Notes: a model not told the origin generated them from the letters alone. A stretch of DNA of 64,000 nt from Betaproteobacteria bacterium HGW-Betaproteobacteria-12 (GCA_002842345.1 PHCU01000018.1:2404-66403); one strand, 5' to 3'. Positions 9,661 to 22,056 are shown, counted from the first letter of the stretch. A program made the numbers and translations.

Positions 9661-10689
9661 TCAGGCGAACAGGTCGACCAGGCCGCGCCCCCTGTGCAGA
9701 ATCGCGCTGCCTGACGCGTTCGCCGCTTTATCATTGGCCGGGAGTATAGCGTTTTCATCTGCCGAACGGGTTCCGTTCGCATCGGGCGCGGGCGTCTCCG
9801 GGCGCTGCTGCGAGAGGTTGGCGCCGACATTGGACTGGCCGAGGTTGATGCCGGCTGACGACAGCATGTCCTTCAGTTGCGGCATGGCGTTCTCGATCGC
9901 CTGACGCACTTCGGCGTGGGGCGAGGCGAAGGCGATGCTGGCCTGGTCGCCGCTCAGGTTGAGGGTGATCTGGATCGGCCCCAGTTGCGGCGGATTGATG
10001 GTCAGTTGGGCCGACTGCTGGTCATTCCTGGCCAGCCAGACGATCTTGTCGCCAAACTGTTGCGGCCAGGCAGCTGAATGCAGATGGGCATTGATGCCGG
10101 TTCGCGGATTGCCTGGTGTCGATGTCTCAACTGTCGCTGTCGCCGTATTTGCGGTCATGCCGGCAGCAACGGCCGGCAGTCCGTCGGCGTTATTGCCCTC
10201 GCCGGCAATTATTGCCGTTCCCTGGCGGGTTGCGGCGTTGGCTATCGACGGCAGGTTGGCCAGGGTGAATTTTTCGAGACCGCTGTTCGGCTCTTTGGCG
10301 CCGGTGCGGCCGAGGCCGCGTTCATCTGCCAGCAGATCGGCCTGGCCGCGGGCCAGCAGAGCATTGCCGGCAAGCGCCTTGCCTTCGCTCGCGCTGGCAA
10401 GTGGGGTGTCGCGGAGTATCCGTTCCTGCATTTCACTGCTGCCCTGGCCGAACAATGAGGCGAACAGGGAAGGATCGACGGCGCCGGCCGCGGCGTTGTC
10501 GGTGGCGGCGCTATCGGCTGCCAGCGACAGAGCCTTGCCTGTCTTCCCATCGCCGGCCATCAGGCCGAGCAGCTCCCCGCTGAGCAAAGCGGCAAAGTCG
10601 CCGGCGATGCCTTCGCTGCCGGCGGTTGCCGCCGTTCCGGGGCCAGGCAGGCTAGCGCTGGCAAGCGAGGGAATGACGGTCAGGCCCAT
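9661..10689 (-). CDS. fliK: Hook-length control protein FliK
   Basis: Low-complexity N-terminus; C-terminal AQLTINPPQLGPIQI..VRQAIENAMPQLKDML domain. Confidence 0.88.
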   Translation of the reverse strand: MGLTVIPSLASASLPGPGTAATAGSEGIAGDFAALLSGELLGLMAGDGKTGKALSLAADSAATDNAAAGAVDPSLFASLFGQGSSEMQERILRDTPLASASEGKALAGNALLARGQADLLADERGLGRTGAKEPNSGLEKFTLANLPSIANAATRQGTAIIAGEGNNADGLPAVAAGMTANTATATVETSTPGNPRTGINAHLHSAAWPQQFGDKIVWLARNDQQSAQLTINPPQLGPIQITLNLSGDQASIAFASPHAEVRQAIENAMPQLKDMLSSAGINLGQSNVGANLSQQRPETPAPDANGTRSADENAILPANDKAANASGSAILHRGRGLVDLFA

Positions 10690-10726
10690 GATGACTCCTT
10701 GAAAGGCGTTGTTTTGCCAAACAGGA

Positions 10727-10742
10727 AGCAATGAGCGTGCCG
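10727..10742 (-). promoter_or_regulatory. Sigma-54 promoter upstream of fliK
   Basis: Minus strand CGGCAC-GCTCA-TTGCT with correct GG-N10-GC spacing. Confidence 0.7.
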
Positions 10743-10749
10743 GGTTGTG

Positions 10750-11202
10750 TCAGTCGTCGCTCGGCTTGTCCACGCCGTATTTCCGGGTCGAGAATTCGTC
10801 CTGAATTTTCTGCTCCTGGCGATTCTCGCGATAGCGCTCGCGTTCATCGTGGCGTTGCGACAGAGTGTCGATCGCCTTTAGGCGCGTGTTCTGCGTTTGC
10901 CAGTGATCCTGGCCGGCCCGCGTGCTGCGCTCGGAGTTGCCGACGGCGATTTTTTGCTGGGTGATCGCTTCGTCGATGCGCGCGAGGAAGTCCTGATAGT
11001 TGCGCAGGATCAGTCGGGTGACCCCGTCGGCGGTCGCCTCGCGCAGGCGCTGGGCATATTCCTCGCGGTACTGTTCGAGCATTTGCAGTCGGCTGCGCTG
11101 GTTCTGTTCGGCCGCGATCAACTTGCCGAGCTGGCGCGTCGCCTCGTCGGAGCGGGTCTGCATGATCTCGAGCAATGGTTGCAGCGAAAAAGGCTGGGTC
11201 AT
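10750..11202 (-). CDS. fliJ: FliJ
   Basis: LEQYREEY, NYQDFLARIDEAITQQ, EQKIQDEF; downstream of fliI. Confidence 0.9.
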   Translation of the reverse strand: MTQPFSLQPLLEIMQTRSDEATRQLGKLIAAEQNQRSRLQMLEQYREEYAQRLREATADGVTRLILRNYQDFLARIDEAITQQKIAVGNSERSTRAGQDHWQTQNTRLKAIDTLSQRHDERERYRENRQEQKIQDEFSTRKYGVDKPSDD

Positions 11203-11208
11203 TTCTTA

Positions 11209-12624
11209 TTAGATCAGGGAGATGAGCGCCTGCAGGCTGGCGGGGAAGTCAGCCTGCTCGGACAGTTGTTGCTGGAGAAAGTGCTCCATTTTCGGATAGA
11301 TGGCAATCGCCTGATCCAGCACCGGGTCGGTTCCCGGGACGTAGGCGCCGACCGAGATCAGGTCTCGTGAGCGCTGGTAGCGGGCGAACAGCACCTTGAA
11401 CTTGCGGATCTGCTCGAGGTGCTTGTTGTCGATCAGGTTGACCATCGCCCGGCTGATCGACTGCTCGATATCGATGGCCGGGTAGTGGCCGGCATCGGCC
11501 AGGGTGCGCGAGAGCACGATATGGCCATCGAGAATGGCGCGTGCCGCGTCGGCGATCGGATCCTGCTGGTCGTCGCCCTCGGCCAGCACGGTATAGAAGG
11601 CGGTGATCGAGCCGCCGCCGTCCTGACCGTTGCCGGCGCGTTCGACCAGTTGCGGCAGGCGGGCGAAGACTGAAGGCGGGTAGCCGCGGGTGGCCGGCGG
11701 TTCGCCGATGGCCAGGGCGATCTCGCGCTGGGCCATGGCGAAGCGGGTCAGCGAATCCATGATCAGCAACACATGGCGGCCCTGGTCGCGGAAGTATTCG
11801 GCCACCGTCGTCGCATAAGCGGCCCCCTGCAGGCGCATCAGCGGCCCGGTGTCGGCCGGGGCGGCGACGACCACGGCGCGGCGCATGCCTTCCTCGCCGA
11901 GAATCTGTTCGATGAATTCCTTGACCTCGCGGCCGCGTTCGCCGATCAGTCCGACGACGATCACTTCGGCGCTGGTATAGCGCGCCATCATGCCGAGCAG
12001 GACCGACTTGCCGACGCCGGAGCCGGCGAACAGGCCCATGCGCTGGCCGCGGCCGACGGTCAGCAGGGCGTTGATGGCCCGGATGCCAACATCAAGGGGC
12101 TGCTCGATCGCCGCCCGCGACATCGGATTGATCGCCCGGCTTTGCAGCGGTCGGGTCTTGTTGGCGACCAGCGGCCCCTTGCTGTCGAGCGGGCGGCCGA
12201 CGCCGTCGAGGACGCGGCCGAGCAGTTCGTCGCCGACCGGCGCTTGCTTGACGCGGTCGATGGCCCGTCGGCGTAGTGGCGCCGGATCGCCGATTCGGGG
12301 CGTGCTGGCCGGTGTCTCGAAGGCGACGACGCGCGAGCCGGGGGCCAGTCCGTAGAGATCGTCGGCGGGCATCAGATAGAGTTTCTCCCCGGCAAAGCCG
12401 ACTACCTCAGCCTCGACCGGGGCGCCGCTTTGCGGATAGATGCGGCAGGTGCTGCCGAGCGGCAGCTTGAGGCCGGAAGCCTCCATGACCAGGCCGTTGA
12501 TCCGCGTCAGGCGGCCGACCGGCCACAGCGGCTGGGCGTTGCCGGCGGCCGCCCGGCAGTTGCTCAGGAAGTCATTCCAGCGTGCGGCGTGTGCCGGTTT
12601 TTCGGCGCTCAGGGATTCTGCCAT
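11209..12624 (-). CDS. fliI: Flagellar export ATPase FliI
   Basis: Walker [31 protein letters not shown]. Confidence 0.97.
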   Translation of the reverse strand: MAESLSAEKPAHAARWNDFLSNCRAAAGNAQPLWPVGRLTRINGLVMEASGLKLPLGSTCRIYPQSGAPVEAEVVGFAGEKLYLMPADDLYGLAPGSRVVAFETPASTPRIGDPAPLRRRAIDRVKQAPVGDELLGRVLDGVGRPLDSKGPLVANKTRPLQSRAINPMSRAAIEQPLDVGIRAINALLTVGRGQRMGLFAGSGVGKSVLLGMMARYTSAEVIVVGLIGERGREVKEFIEQILGEEGMRRAVVVAAPADTGPLMRLQGAAYATTVAEYFRDQGRHVLLIMDSLTRFAMAQREIALAIGEPPATRGYPPSVFARLPQLVERAGNGQDGGGSITAFYTVLAEGDDQQDPIADAARAILDGHIVLSRTLADAGHYPAIDIEQSISRAMVNLIDNKHLEQIRKFKVLFARYQRSRDLISVGAYVPGTDPVLDQAIAIYPKMEHFLQQQLSEQADFPASLQALISLI

Positions 12625-13307
12625 GCCCGTGGTTCGGCTCCGATGGCCTCGAGTACACGTTTCCAGCGCGTCTCGATGGTCGCGTCGATTTCGCTGGCGC
12701 CGGCCAGGACCAGGCAGCCGCCGGTGCTGATCGTGCTGTCGTCGACGATCTGCGTCGCACTGTGGGAGAGCTCATCGCCGAGGAGGGTGCGGACATGCGC
12801 CGCATCGGCCGGGTTGAGGCGGAGGACAATGTGCGCATGATGCAACGGCAGGGTGCTGATCGCCTCGCGGACGATCGGCAGCAGGGCGTCTTCGCGGGTG
12901 TCGATATGGCTGCGGGTGACCTGGGCGGCGATCTCGATGGCCAGTGCCAGCAACTGATCGGCCACCGATTGGTCCAGTTCGTTGAGCGAGCGGCGCAAAT
13001 TGTCGAGCAGCCCGGCAAAGCGCCCGGCCATCTGTTCGGCAGCCTGTTCGGCCAATTGGCGGGCCGCCTGTTCGGCCTTTTCCCGGCCCTCGACCAGGCC
13101 GGCCGCGTAGCCTTGGGCGCGCGCTTCCTCGTGCATGCGCTCGATCTCCTCGGCCGTCGGCAGCTTCACCTGCGGCTCCTGCGGCGCGGCCGGCTTCGCC
13201 TCCTTCGCTACCGCCGCCGGCGGCGCTTCGGCCGCGAGCGGCTTCTTGTCGAAGGAGCCGGCCTGCCAGCGCTGATAAGAGGTGAGTTCGTCCTTGGGGA
13301 TGATCAC
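12609..13307 (-). CDS. fliH: FliH
   Basis: AxxxG-like repeats ([11 protein letters not shown]), [18 protein letters not shown]. Confidence 0.92.
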   Translation of the reverse strand: MIIPKDELTSYQRWQAGSFDKKPLAAEAPPAAVAKEAKPAAPQEPQVKLPTAEEIERMHEEARAQGYAAGLVEGREKAEQAARQLAEQAAEQMAGRFAGLLDNLRRSLNELDQSVADQLLALAIEIAAQVTRSHIDTREDALLPIVREAISTLPLHHAHIVLRLNPADAAHVRTLLGDELSHSATQIVDDSTISTGGCLVLAGASEIDATIETRWKRVLEAIGAEPRAWQNP

Positions 13308-13323
13308 GGTAGCTTCCCGGCGC

Positions 13324-14328
13324 CTAGATCATCTGTTCGCCGCCGGCGCCACCGAGGACGATCTGACCTTCGTCGGCCAGGCGACGGACGACCTTGAGGA
13401 TTTCCTTCTGTTCGGCTTCGACCTCGGATAGGCGCACCGGCCCCTTCGACTCCAGGTCCTCGCGCAGCATTTCGGCGGCGCGCTGCGACATGTTCTTGAA
13501 AATCTTCTCGCGCAGGTCGGGCGAGGCGCCCTTCAGCGCCAGGATCAGCGAGTCGGACTGGATTTCGCGCAGGATCAGCTGGATCGAGCGGTCATCGATG
13601 TCCATCAGGTTCTCGAAGACGAACATCTCGTCGAGGATCTTCTGGGCCAGATCGGGATCGTATTCGCGGATGGCATCGACCACCGAGGTTTCGTTGGTGG
13701 CACCGATGAAGTTGAGGATTTCCGCCACCGTCCGCACCCCACCCATGGCCGTGTGTTTGACGCTGGCCGAACCGGACAGGATGCGCGCCATTGCTTCGTT
13801 CAGCTCGCGCAGGGCGGCCGGCTGGATGCCTTCCAGCGTGGCGATGCGCAGGACGACGTCGTTGCGCAGCCGTTCGGTGAAATGGTTGAGGATCTCGCTG
13901 GCCTGGTCGTGTTCGAGGTGGACCAGGATGGTGGCGATGATCTGCGGGTGTTCATTCTTGATCAGGTCGGCGACGGTGGGGGCATCCATCCACTTCAACC
14001 CCTCGATGCCCGACGTCTCGCCGCCCTGCAGGATGCGCGAGATCAGGTTCGAGGCCTTGTCGTCGCCAAGCGCCTTGGTCAGTACCGAGCGGATGTAATT
14101 GTCGGTGTCGACGTGCACGGCACCATGTTCGGCAGCAATCTGATGAAACTCGTCGAGGACCGCCTCGACCTTGGTGCGCGGCACCGACTTCAACGACGCC
14201 ATGGCGTGGCCGAGCTTCTGCACTTCGCGCGGGCCGAGCTGACGCAGCACTTCGGCCGCCTGCTCCTCGCCGAGCGCGATCAGCAGCGTGGCGCTCTTCT
14301 CCAGTCCTTCTTCGGGGCTAGTTGGCAT
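13324..14328 (-). CDS. fliG: Motor switch protein FliG
   Basis: EHPQIIATIL, MFVFENL, NMSQRAAEMLREDL. Confidence 0.97.
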   Translation of the reverse strand: MPTSPEEGLEKSATLLIALGEEQAAEVLRQLGPREVQKLGHAMASLKSVPRTKVEAVLDEFHQIAAEHGAVHVDTDNYIRSVLTKALGDDKASNLISRILQGGETSGIEGLKWMDAPTVADLIKNEHPQIIATILVHLEHDQASEILNHFTERLRNDVVLRIATLEGIQPAALRELNEAMARILSGSASVKHTAMGGVRTVAEILNFIGATNETSVVDAIREYDPDLAQKILDEMFVFENLMDIDDRSIQLILREIQSDSLILALKGASPDLREKIFKNMSQRAAEMLREDLESKGPVRLSEVEAEQKEILKVVRRLADEGQIVLGGAGGEQMI

Positions 14329-16063
14329 TGGCTCCCATCCAGTCCTTGATGATGTTGGCTACCGCCTTCGGATCGGCCTGGGCGATGTCGCGGGCCTTTT
14401 GCACCTTGGCCGCATAGTTGTCGATGCGCACATCGGTGGCCCCTTCCTCCCCCGCTTCTCCGGGAAGACCGCCGGCGCCGTACAGACCGCCCTCGCCACC
14501 CAGGCCGCCCCCTTCGCGCGAACCGGGGGGCGGGAACATGGTCTTCAGCGAGGGCTGGATGATCTTGAAGTAGAGCAGGGCCAGGATGGCGGCGATGATC
14601 AGGATCTTGAGCAGATCCTTGAGGTAGGAAATGTTTTCCGGATCCTTCCACAGCGGGATACCGGCGTCGCTCTTTGCAGCTTCGGTGAACGGCGCGTTGG
14701 CCACCGACAGCGTGTCGCCGCGCTCCTTGCTGAAGCCCATCGCCTCGCGGATCAACTCGTTGATCTGCTTCATCTCGGCTTCCGGCAGGGGGCGGACGGA
14801 CGGTTTGCCATCCTTGCCTAGTTCCTTGCGGTGGTTGACCACAACGGCCGCCGACAGGCGGCGGATCTCGCCCAGGGCCTGCTTGGTATAGCGGATGGTC
14901 TTGTCGACTTCGTAATTGATCGTCGTGTTCTTGCTGGTGCTCAGCGGCGGCGCGGCGCCGGCCAGCGGGGCGGTGATGCCGCCGACGTCGATGCGGCCGT
15001 TCGCTTCGCCACGCCGCGCCGGTTGTCCGCCGGGGCCGCTGCCGGTGTCCGGCTGGGTGAGTGGGGCGGTGGCCGGTACCGGCGGCTGGTTGGTCAGCGC
15101 GCCGGGGACGCCACCGACCGACTGGTTGACGTTGGCCGATTCATTGTTCTGCTGGCTGCGGATGACGCTGTTTTCCGGCGTGGTGTTCGGGCGGAAGGTC
15201 TCGGCGGTCTGTTCGCTCTGCGAGAAATCGAGATCGGCCGCCACCTGCACCTTGAAGTTTTCGGCGCCGAGTACCGGCTTGAGGATGTTCTCGATGCGCA
15301 GGATGATGACGTCCTCGATTTCCCGGACGTATTTCAGCTGCACCGGATCGAGGCCGGAACTGGTCGCGCTCTTCAGTTGCGACAGCAGGCTGCCGTTCTG
15401 GTCGATGACCGTCACGTTGGTGATCGGCAGATTAGGCACGCTCGAGGAAATCAGGTGGGAAATGCCGGCGACCTGGCCGCCATCGAGGGTACGGCCCGGG
15501 TACAGGTTGAGCATCACCGAGGCGGTCGGTTTCTGCTCGTCGCGGACAAAGACCGAGGGTTTGGGAATGGCCAGGTGTACTCGCGCCGCCTGCACCGCAC
15601 CGATCGACTGAATGGTGCGCGCCAGCTCGCCCTCGAGGCCGCGCTGGTAATTGACCTGTTCGGCGAACTGGCTGGTACCGAATTTCTGGTTCTCCATCAG
15701 TTCGAAGCCCACCAGACCGCCGCGCGGCAGTCCCTGCGAAGCCAGTTTCAGGCGCACTTCATGGACGCGTTCGGCAGGCACCATGAGGGCGCCGCTATCG
15801 CTGAAACGGTGGGGGATGTTTTGCGCTTCGAGATTGGCGACGATGGTGCCGCCGTCCTTCTCGGTCAGGTTGGAGAACAACACCTTCCAGTCCGGCTGCC
15901 GGCTCCACAGAATGCTGCCGACAATAACCGCGATGATTGCAGCGACGCCCACCAGAAACAGAATTTTCTGTTGCTCACTGAGACGGTTGAACGCCGCGCG
16001 CAGACGTTCCGCCGGATTTCCGCCCGGTGCGGTCCCTGCCGTGGTTTCAGTCGTTGCTGCCAT
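14318..16063 (-). CDS. fliF: MS-ring protein FliF
   Basis: GFELMENQKFGTSQFAEQVNYQRGLEGELARTI, ARVHLAIPK, RRLSAAVVVN. Confidence 0.97.
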   Translation of the reverse strand: MAATTETTAGTAPGGNPAERLRAAFNRLSEQQKILFLVGVAAIIAVIVGSILWSRQPDWKVLFSNLTEKDGGTIVANLEAQNIPHRFSDSGALMVPAERVHEVRLKLASQGLPRGGLVGFELMENQKFGTSQFAEQVNYQRGLEGELARTIQSIGAVQAARVHLAIPKPSVFVRDEQKPTASVMLNLYPGRTLDGGQVAGISHLISSSVPNLPITNVTVIDQNGSLLSQLKSATSSGLDPVQLKYVREIEDVIILRIENILKPVLGAENFKVQVAADLDFSQSEQTAETFRPNTTPENSVIRSQQNNESANVNQSVGGVPGALTNQPPVPATAPLTQPDTGSGPGGQPARRGEANGRIDVGGITAPLAGAAPPLSTSKNTTINYEVDKTIRYTKQALGEIRRLSAAVVVNHRKELGKDGKPSVRPLPEAEMKQINELIREAMGFSKERGDTLSVANAPFTEAAKSDAGIPLWKDPENISYLKDLLKILIIAAILALLYFKIIQPSLKTMFPPPGSREGGGLGGEGGLYGAGGLPGEAGEEGATDVRIDNYAAKVQKARDIAQADPKAVANIIKDWMGANAN

Positions 16064-16172
16064 TAATGCCCGGTGGAAATGCCGTAAAAAAGAAGAAGAA
16101 TCAATTGGGAAGCCAAATTTTCCTAGAAATATTCTACTATTACCGGCGCTGAATCCACCCTATCTTTTTTCG

Positions 16173-17361
<1,189 letters not shown>

Positions 17362-17369
<8 letters not shown>

Positions 17370-18723
17370 ACATAGCTTGCCGATCCTGGTCGTCGAGGAC
17401 GACGCCAGCCTGCGCGAGGCGATTGGCGACACCCTCGAACTGGCCGGGCGGCCCTACCTCGCCGTCGATGGCGGCGAAGCTGCGCTCAAGGTGTTGGCGG
17501 AGCAGGCCTTTTCCATCGTTGTCAGCGACGTGCGCATGATGCCGATGGATGGCATCACCTTGCTCAAGGAGATTCGCCAGCGCCTGCCGCACCTGCCGGT
17601 GGTGCTGATGACAGCCTATGCCGAAGTCGACAAGGCGGTCGACGCGATGCGCTCCGGGGCCTGCGATTTCCTGCTCAAGCCCTTCGAGCCGGCGGCGCTG
17701 CTCGCGCACATCAACAAATATGAACTGCCGGGCGGCGCCGAGGGCGATGGCGTGGTCGCCATCGATCCGGCCAGCCGCGATCTGTTCGCCATGGCCGGGC
17801 GTGTCGCTCAGACCGATGCGACAGTGCTGCTGACCGGTGAATCGGGCGTCGGCAAGGAAGTGGTCGCTCGCTTCATTCATCGCCACTCGGGGCGCCGGGG
17901 CGGGCCTTTCGTAGCGATCAACTGCGCGGCAATTCCCGACAGCCTGCTGGAGGCAACACTGTTCGGCTACGAAAAAGGTGCATTTACCGGCGCACAGCAG
18001 GCCCAGGCTGGCAAGTTCGAGCAGGCGGAGGGCGGTACGCTGCTGCTCGATGAAGTGACGGAAATGCCGCTGAGCCTGCAGGCCAAGCTGCTGCGCGTGT
18101 TGCAGGAGCGCGAAGTCGAACGGGTGGGCGGCAAGAAGCCGGTGACGCTGAACATTCGCATCGTCGCCACCTCCAATCGCGATATGGGTGAGGCCGTGGC
18201 GCGCGGGGTTTTCCGCGAAGATCTGTACTACCGGCTGAACGTTTTTCCGGTCGGCATCCCGGCGCTACGCCAGCGGCGCGACGATATTGTCCCCATCGCC
18301 CGACATTTCGTCGTCGATCATGGCGGCCGTCTGGGGCGGCCGGGGGTTTCTCTGTCGCCTGCGGCTGAGGCGGCGCTGAGTACCCATGACTGGCCGGGCA
18401 ACGTACGCGAGCTGGAGAATGTCATTCAACGGGCACTCATATTGTCGACGGGGAGTTTGATCGGTCCCGAGCATCTGCACCTGGCCCCCCGGCCATCAGC
18501 CGACATGGCATCGCGACGGGGCGAGGAAGTGCCGATGCCGGGGCTGCCGGAGGGCGAAAAAAGGGCGGATAATATGAAAGACCTTGAGCGTGAACATATC
18601 TTGCGCACGCTGGCAGAAGTGGGCGGCTCGCGCAAGGCGGCGATCGAGCGTCTGGGCATTTCCGAGCGTACCCTGCGCTACAAGTTGCAGCAGTATCGTG
18701 ACGAGGGGTACTTCGATGATTAA
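17362..18723 (+). CDS. fleR: Sigma-54-dependent response regulator, FleR-like
   Basis: Receiver domain, [39 protein letters not shown]. Confidence 0.85.
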
Positions 18724-18726
18724 CGG

Positions 18727-18742
18727 TGGCCCGCTAATTGCT
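18727..18742 (+). promoter_or_regulatory. Sigma-54 promoter upstream of fliE
   Basis: TGGCCC-GCTAA-TTGCT, 30 nt before the fliE ATG. Confidence 0.75.
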
Positions 18743-18772
18743 TGTTTCTGGTCGAGGGTTTAGGAGCGGAAA

Positions 18773-19093
18773 ATGGATACCCAGGGCATCGAAAACATGT
18801 TGAGCGTGTTGCGCAGTACTGCAGCACAGGCTTCCGGCAAAGTGCCGCAGACTACGGCCGTTGCCGGCGGGACCGACTTCGCCGAAGTCTTGAAGAACTC
18901 GATCGACAAGGTCAATGCGACGCAATCCCAGTCCACGCAGATGGCGGAAAAATTTGCCGCCGGCGATACGTCGCAGAATCTGCATGAGGTGATGATCGCC
19001 CTGCAGACGGCCAGCGTCTCCTTCCAGGAAATGGTTCAGGTCCGCAACAAGCTGGTGACGGCTTATCAGGACATGATGAACATGCAGGTCTAA
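18773..19093 (+). CDS. fliE: FliE
   Basis: LHEVMIALQTASVSFQEMVQVRNKLVTAYQDMMNMQV. Confidence 0.96.
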   Translation: MDTQGIENMLSVLRSTAAQASGKVPQTTAVAGGTDFAEVLKNSIDKVNATQSQSTQMAEKFAAGDTSQNLHEVMIALQTASVSFQEMVQVRNKLVTAYQDMMNMQV

Positions 19094-19875
19094 GCGACCA
19101 GCCCCGAGTCTCGTGCCTTGCGCTCGCGCTCGATGCGGGTGATGTAGCGCTCGATGAAGGCTAGGCGGCTGCCTGGCAAGCTGACAAATTCGCAGCCGAT
19201 ACGCAAACTGTGCTGGCCATCGCGCGCGGAAATCTCGACCGTTTTGCGTACCCGTAGATTGACCTGGATCACCCCTTCGTCAGGGATTTCCAGACGACAC
19301 TGCGGAAATAGTGCATCGCGCGGGAAATGTTCGGCTATTTCCGTTGGCCCGATCAGGCTGACACCCCCGCCGCTGATATCCGACAGTGTCAGTTCGAAAG
19401 TATGGAACTGGCCGCTATCTTTTGGCGTCGCCAGTTGGCAGACGATGGGCGCGGCCAGCGGCGGTTCCAGGCGGAAGAATTCGCGGCGTTGCAGACGCAG
19501 CAACTGTTTCGGTATCGGTGCCGCCAGCAGCTGTTGTCCCTGATGGGGGGCTGCACACAGGGCAGGCAGACGTATCTGCATCTTGACCCGGTCGAGATTG
19601 GTGACCAGCGTGATCTGCCGGGCAGCGCCGGCGTCGGCATTGTTCTCCTCGGCATGTGACGGATCGAGAAAGAGGGTGTTGGTGGGCTCGTCTACGGCAA
19701 CGATGGAGGTCAAGAAGAAACGCCGTCCGTCATCGATGTAGGCCGTGAACAGGCATCGACGCTTGGCCAGCAGGTTCAGGTAGAACAGGATTTCGAGCCG
19801 ATTGCCGAGCAGGAACTGGGCAAATATGTCCGGGTGGTCAATCTCGAAATCGGGTGCAGGAAGTTCGTCGGCCAT
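19090..19875 (-). CDS. ycgR: Flagellar brake YcgR-like PilZ protein
   Basis: PilZ motifs LQRREFFR and DISGGG. Confidence 0.85.
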   Translation of the reverse strand: MADELPAPDFEIDHPDIFAQFLLGNRLEILFYLNLLAKRRCLFTAYIDDGRRFFLTSIVAVDEPTNTLFLDPSHAEENNADAGAARQITLVTNLDRVKMQIRLPALCAAPHQGQQLLAAPIPKQLLRLQRREFFRLEPPLAAPIVCQLATPKDSGQFHTFELTLSDISGGGVSLIGPTEIAEHFPRDALFPQCRLEIPDEGVIQVNLRVRKTVEISARDGQHSLRIGCEFVSLPGSRLAFIERYITRIERERKARDSGLVA

Positions 19876-19948
19876 GATCAGCGGGAGGAATGCGGTGGCT
19901 TGATCTTAATCGAATGGTAGCGTTTTGCCGCTGGTGCAACCGCTGATG

Positions 19949-20242
19949 TCAAATGGGCGGCGGTGCCGCTTCGTCACCGTGTTCGATGCGGTAAAGCCAG
20001 GCCAGCAATTCGGCCACCGCCATGTAGAGCTGCGGCGGGATGTGCTCGTCGATATCGACCTGGGTCAGCAGGGCGACCAGTTCCGGCGACTCGTGGACAT
20101 AGACGCCATGCTCATGGGCCCGGGCGATGATCTCCTCGGCGATCAGGCCCTTGCCCCGGGCGACCACCCGCGGCGCTGCATCGGTTTGCCGGTAGGCCAG
20201 GGCGATAGCCTCACGGGCCGGGTCAGCTGCCGGTTTCGCCAT
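19949..20242 (-). CDS. FlhB C-terminal-domain-like small protein (EscU/YscU/HrcU family)
   Basis: AIALAY..APRVVARGKG..AEEII..IPPQLYMAVAELL. Confidence 0.85.
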   Translation of the reverse strand: MAKPAADPAREAIALAYRQTDAAPRVVARGKGLIAEEIIARAHEHGVYVHESPELVALLTQVDIDEHIPPQLYMAVAELLAWLYRIEHGDEAAPPPI

Positions 20243-21329
20243 GCTGAACCAGCAATTGAGTCAGATCGAGCCCGGCGGCAGAAAAGCGGTCGCGCAGTAG
20301 CTCGGCGTTGTCGCGCAGGCGCGTTTCGCTGGCCGGGGATTCGGCTGTCATCTGAATCTCGACCTGACCGCCCGGCTGCAGGCGCAGCGTCGCTTCGATG
20401 CCGCCTAGGGCCGGCAGGCTGAGCTTGAGGCGGGTCTGCCAACGCCGGCCGGCTTCTCCGTCATTGTTGTTGGCTTGTTCACCGTCTTCGGAGATTTCCC
20501 ACCACATTTTCTGGCCGGCCCAGACCTGACCTTGCCAAGCGTAATTCTGCGTCGCCAGGGCATCGAGTTGCTGCTGGACGATCGGTGTCAGTTCGCGGGG
20601 GATTGGATGGCCTTGCTGCGTTGTCGTCTGGGCGGGCAACTCGGTGCGGGCCGCTGCTAGCTGCGGAGCAGGATCGGTGGCCTTGGCTTCCGCCGACGCG
20701 GTGGCGAACTGCTGCTGCGGCAGAACGCTTGGTGGCGTCTTGCCTTGAGGTTCCTGGCGCAAGGCGTCGGTTGGCAGTTGCCCGGCGACCCAGCGGGCCT
20801 GGTGGGCTTCGTAGAAAACACCGCTCTTGGTCAGGGCATCCTTGAGGATTGGGGCTAGTTGGGCGGCGTCAGGGAAACTCTTGATCAGGGGTTGGTTGCC
20901 ATTGAGCGGGGCGGGGGCGGCTCGCTGGCCGCCTTCTTCGACATTGCCCATCAGATTTCCGATCAGCCGGCCTGTCTGGCTGAGCGTGGTGGGAACCGAT
21001 TCGCCACCACGGCCGGCTTGTTGGCCGGTAGTCCGGTTGGCGACAAAAGCTAAGGTAAGCTTGCCGTCGCTGTCGAGAACCTCCAGTTCAAGGCTGTCGC
21101 CGGCCTTGGCCGCAAAGGGAAGGGCCAGCGTGACGTCGCGTTGGGCAACGAGGGCACGATAGGTGCCGTTTGGCAACATGGCCTGAACCTCGGCCAGAAT
21201 TCGCTGCCCGGGAACTAGGTTGGAGAGTACGTCGGTCAGCTTCTGGAGCGGCGCGACCGGTTGTGGGGTCTCCTGCTGTGCGGGAGGAAGCGCCACCCGC
21301 AGGCGACTGGCCAGATCGGCGGGAATCAT
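20223..21329 (-). CDS. Second FliK-like hook-length-control domain protein
   Basis: SGVFYEAHQARW, WQGQVWAGQ, WQTRLKLSLPALGGIEA; typical partner of the FlhB-like ORF. Confidence 0.7.
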   Translation of the reverse strand: MIPADLASRLRVALPPAQQETPQPVAPLQKLTDVLSNLVPGQRILAEVQAMLPNGTYRALVAQRDVTLALPFAAKAGDSLELEVLDSDGKLTLAFVANRTTGQQAGRGGESVPTTLSQTGRLIGNLMGNVEEGGQRAAPAPLNGNQPLIKSFPDAAQLAPILKDALTKSGVFYEAHQARWVAGQLPTDALRQEPQGKTPPSVLPQQQFATASAEAKATDPAPQLAAARTELPAQTTTQQGHPIPRELTPIVQQQLDALATQNYAWQGQVWAGQKMWWEISEDGEQANNNDGEAGRRWQTRLKLSLPALGGIEATLRLQPGGQVEIQMTAESPASETRLRDNAELLRDRFSAAGLDLTQLLVQHGETGS

Positions 21330-21655
21330 GGTGTCGGGGTGTTGCCTTTGGCGGCTTGTTGCCAGGCTTGAAGCAAGGGTTGAATCTGTTGTTGCCGGGC
21401 AATCGCCATGTCTTGCAGTTCGCCTGTCAACAGCGCGACTTGGCGCAGTGCCTCGGCATCTGCGGGAGTTCGGACGGTAGTGGTCGATTCAGCACGCAAC
21501 TGCTTAAATGCGCTATCGACGACTGGCACCAATTGTTCCAGTGCTTCCCAGTTGCCGGTACGCATGGCAGCCCTCAGGTCATCGAGGCAATTGCGCAGGA
21601 CGGCCAGTTGGTCGCGCCAGTCGCCTCCGCCTTCAGCGGGATGGCTGGGGGGCAA
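21326..21655 (-). CDS. FliT-like chaperone
   Basis: Small helical ORF after fliS with G-x-W-E-x-L motif (GNWEALEQL); TTG start uncertain. Confidence 0.55.
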   Translation of the reverse strand: MPPSHPAEGGGDWRDQLAVLRNCLDDLRAAMRTGNWEALEQLVPVVDSAFKQLRAESTTTVRTPADAEALRQVALLTGELQDMAIARQQQIQPLLQAWQQAAKGNTPTP

Positions 21656-22031
21656 TTTGTTTCCACGCCTCGCATATTTCCATCAACAGACCACGCACTT
21701 CCTGAATGGCGGTGAGGTCATTCTGAAAATTGGCGTGGGTCAGCCGCGAGGCCATGTATTCGTACAATGCCTTGAGATTGGCGGCGACATCGCCGCCATC
21801 GTCCATATTCAGGCTGGCGCTCAGGCCATCAAGGATGATCTCGATGGCACGGGTCAGGGCGTTGGTCTTGTCCTGGAAGTTTTTGGCGGCAAGAGACAGT
21901 TCGGCCCGGTCGAGGGCGGAAAGGGCTCCTTCGAACAGGAGTATTACCAAGCGATGCGGATCCGAACCGCGAATATCGGTTTCGTAGCCGACATTTTGGT
22001 AAGACTGGATGGGATTGGGGGCAAAACCCAT
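21633..22031 (-). CDS. fliS: Flagellin chaperone FliS
   Basis: DPHRLVILLFEGA, GGDVAANLKALYEYM, EAW. Confidence 0.95.
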   Translation of the reverse strand: MGFAPNPIQSYQNVGYETDIRGSDPHRLVILLFEGALSALDRAELSLAAKNFQDKTNALTRAIEIILDGLSASLNMDDGGDVAANLKALYEYMASRLTHANFQNDLTAIQEVRGLLMEICEAWKQIAPQPSR

Positions 22032-22056
22032 GACGTTGTTCCTGGATTCGGACTGA

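Noticed and set aside
15651-16172. Long N-terminal extension of the FleS-like kinase ORF (572 aa)
   Set aside because: It overlaps fliF antisense and has no domain signal; the start at 16173 is more plausible.
19949-21329. Second FliK-like gene plus FlhB-like mini gene as a novel secretion switch
   Set aside because: This pair is common in proteobacterial flagellar clusters.
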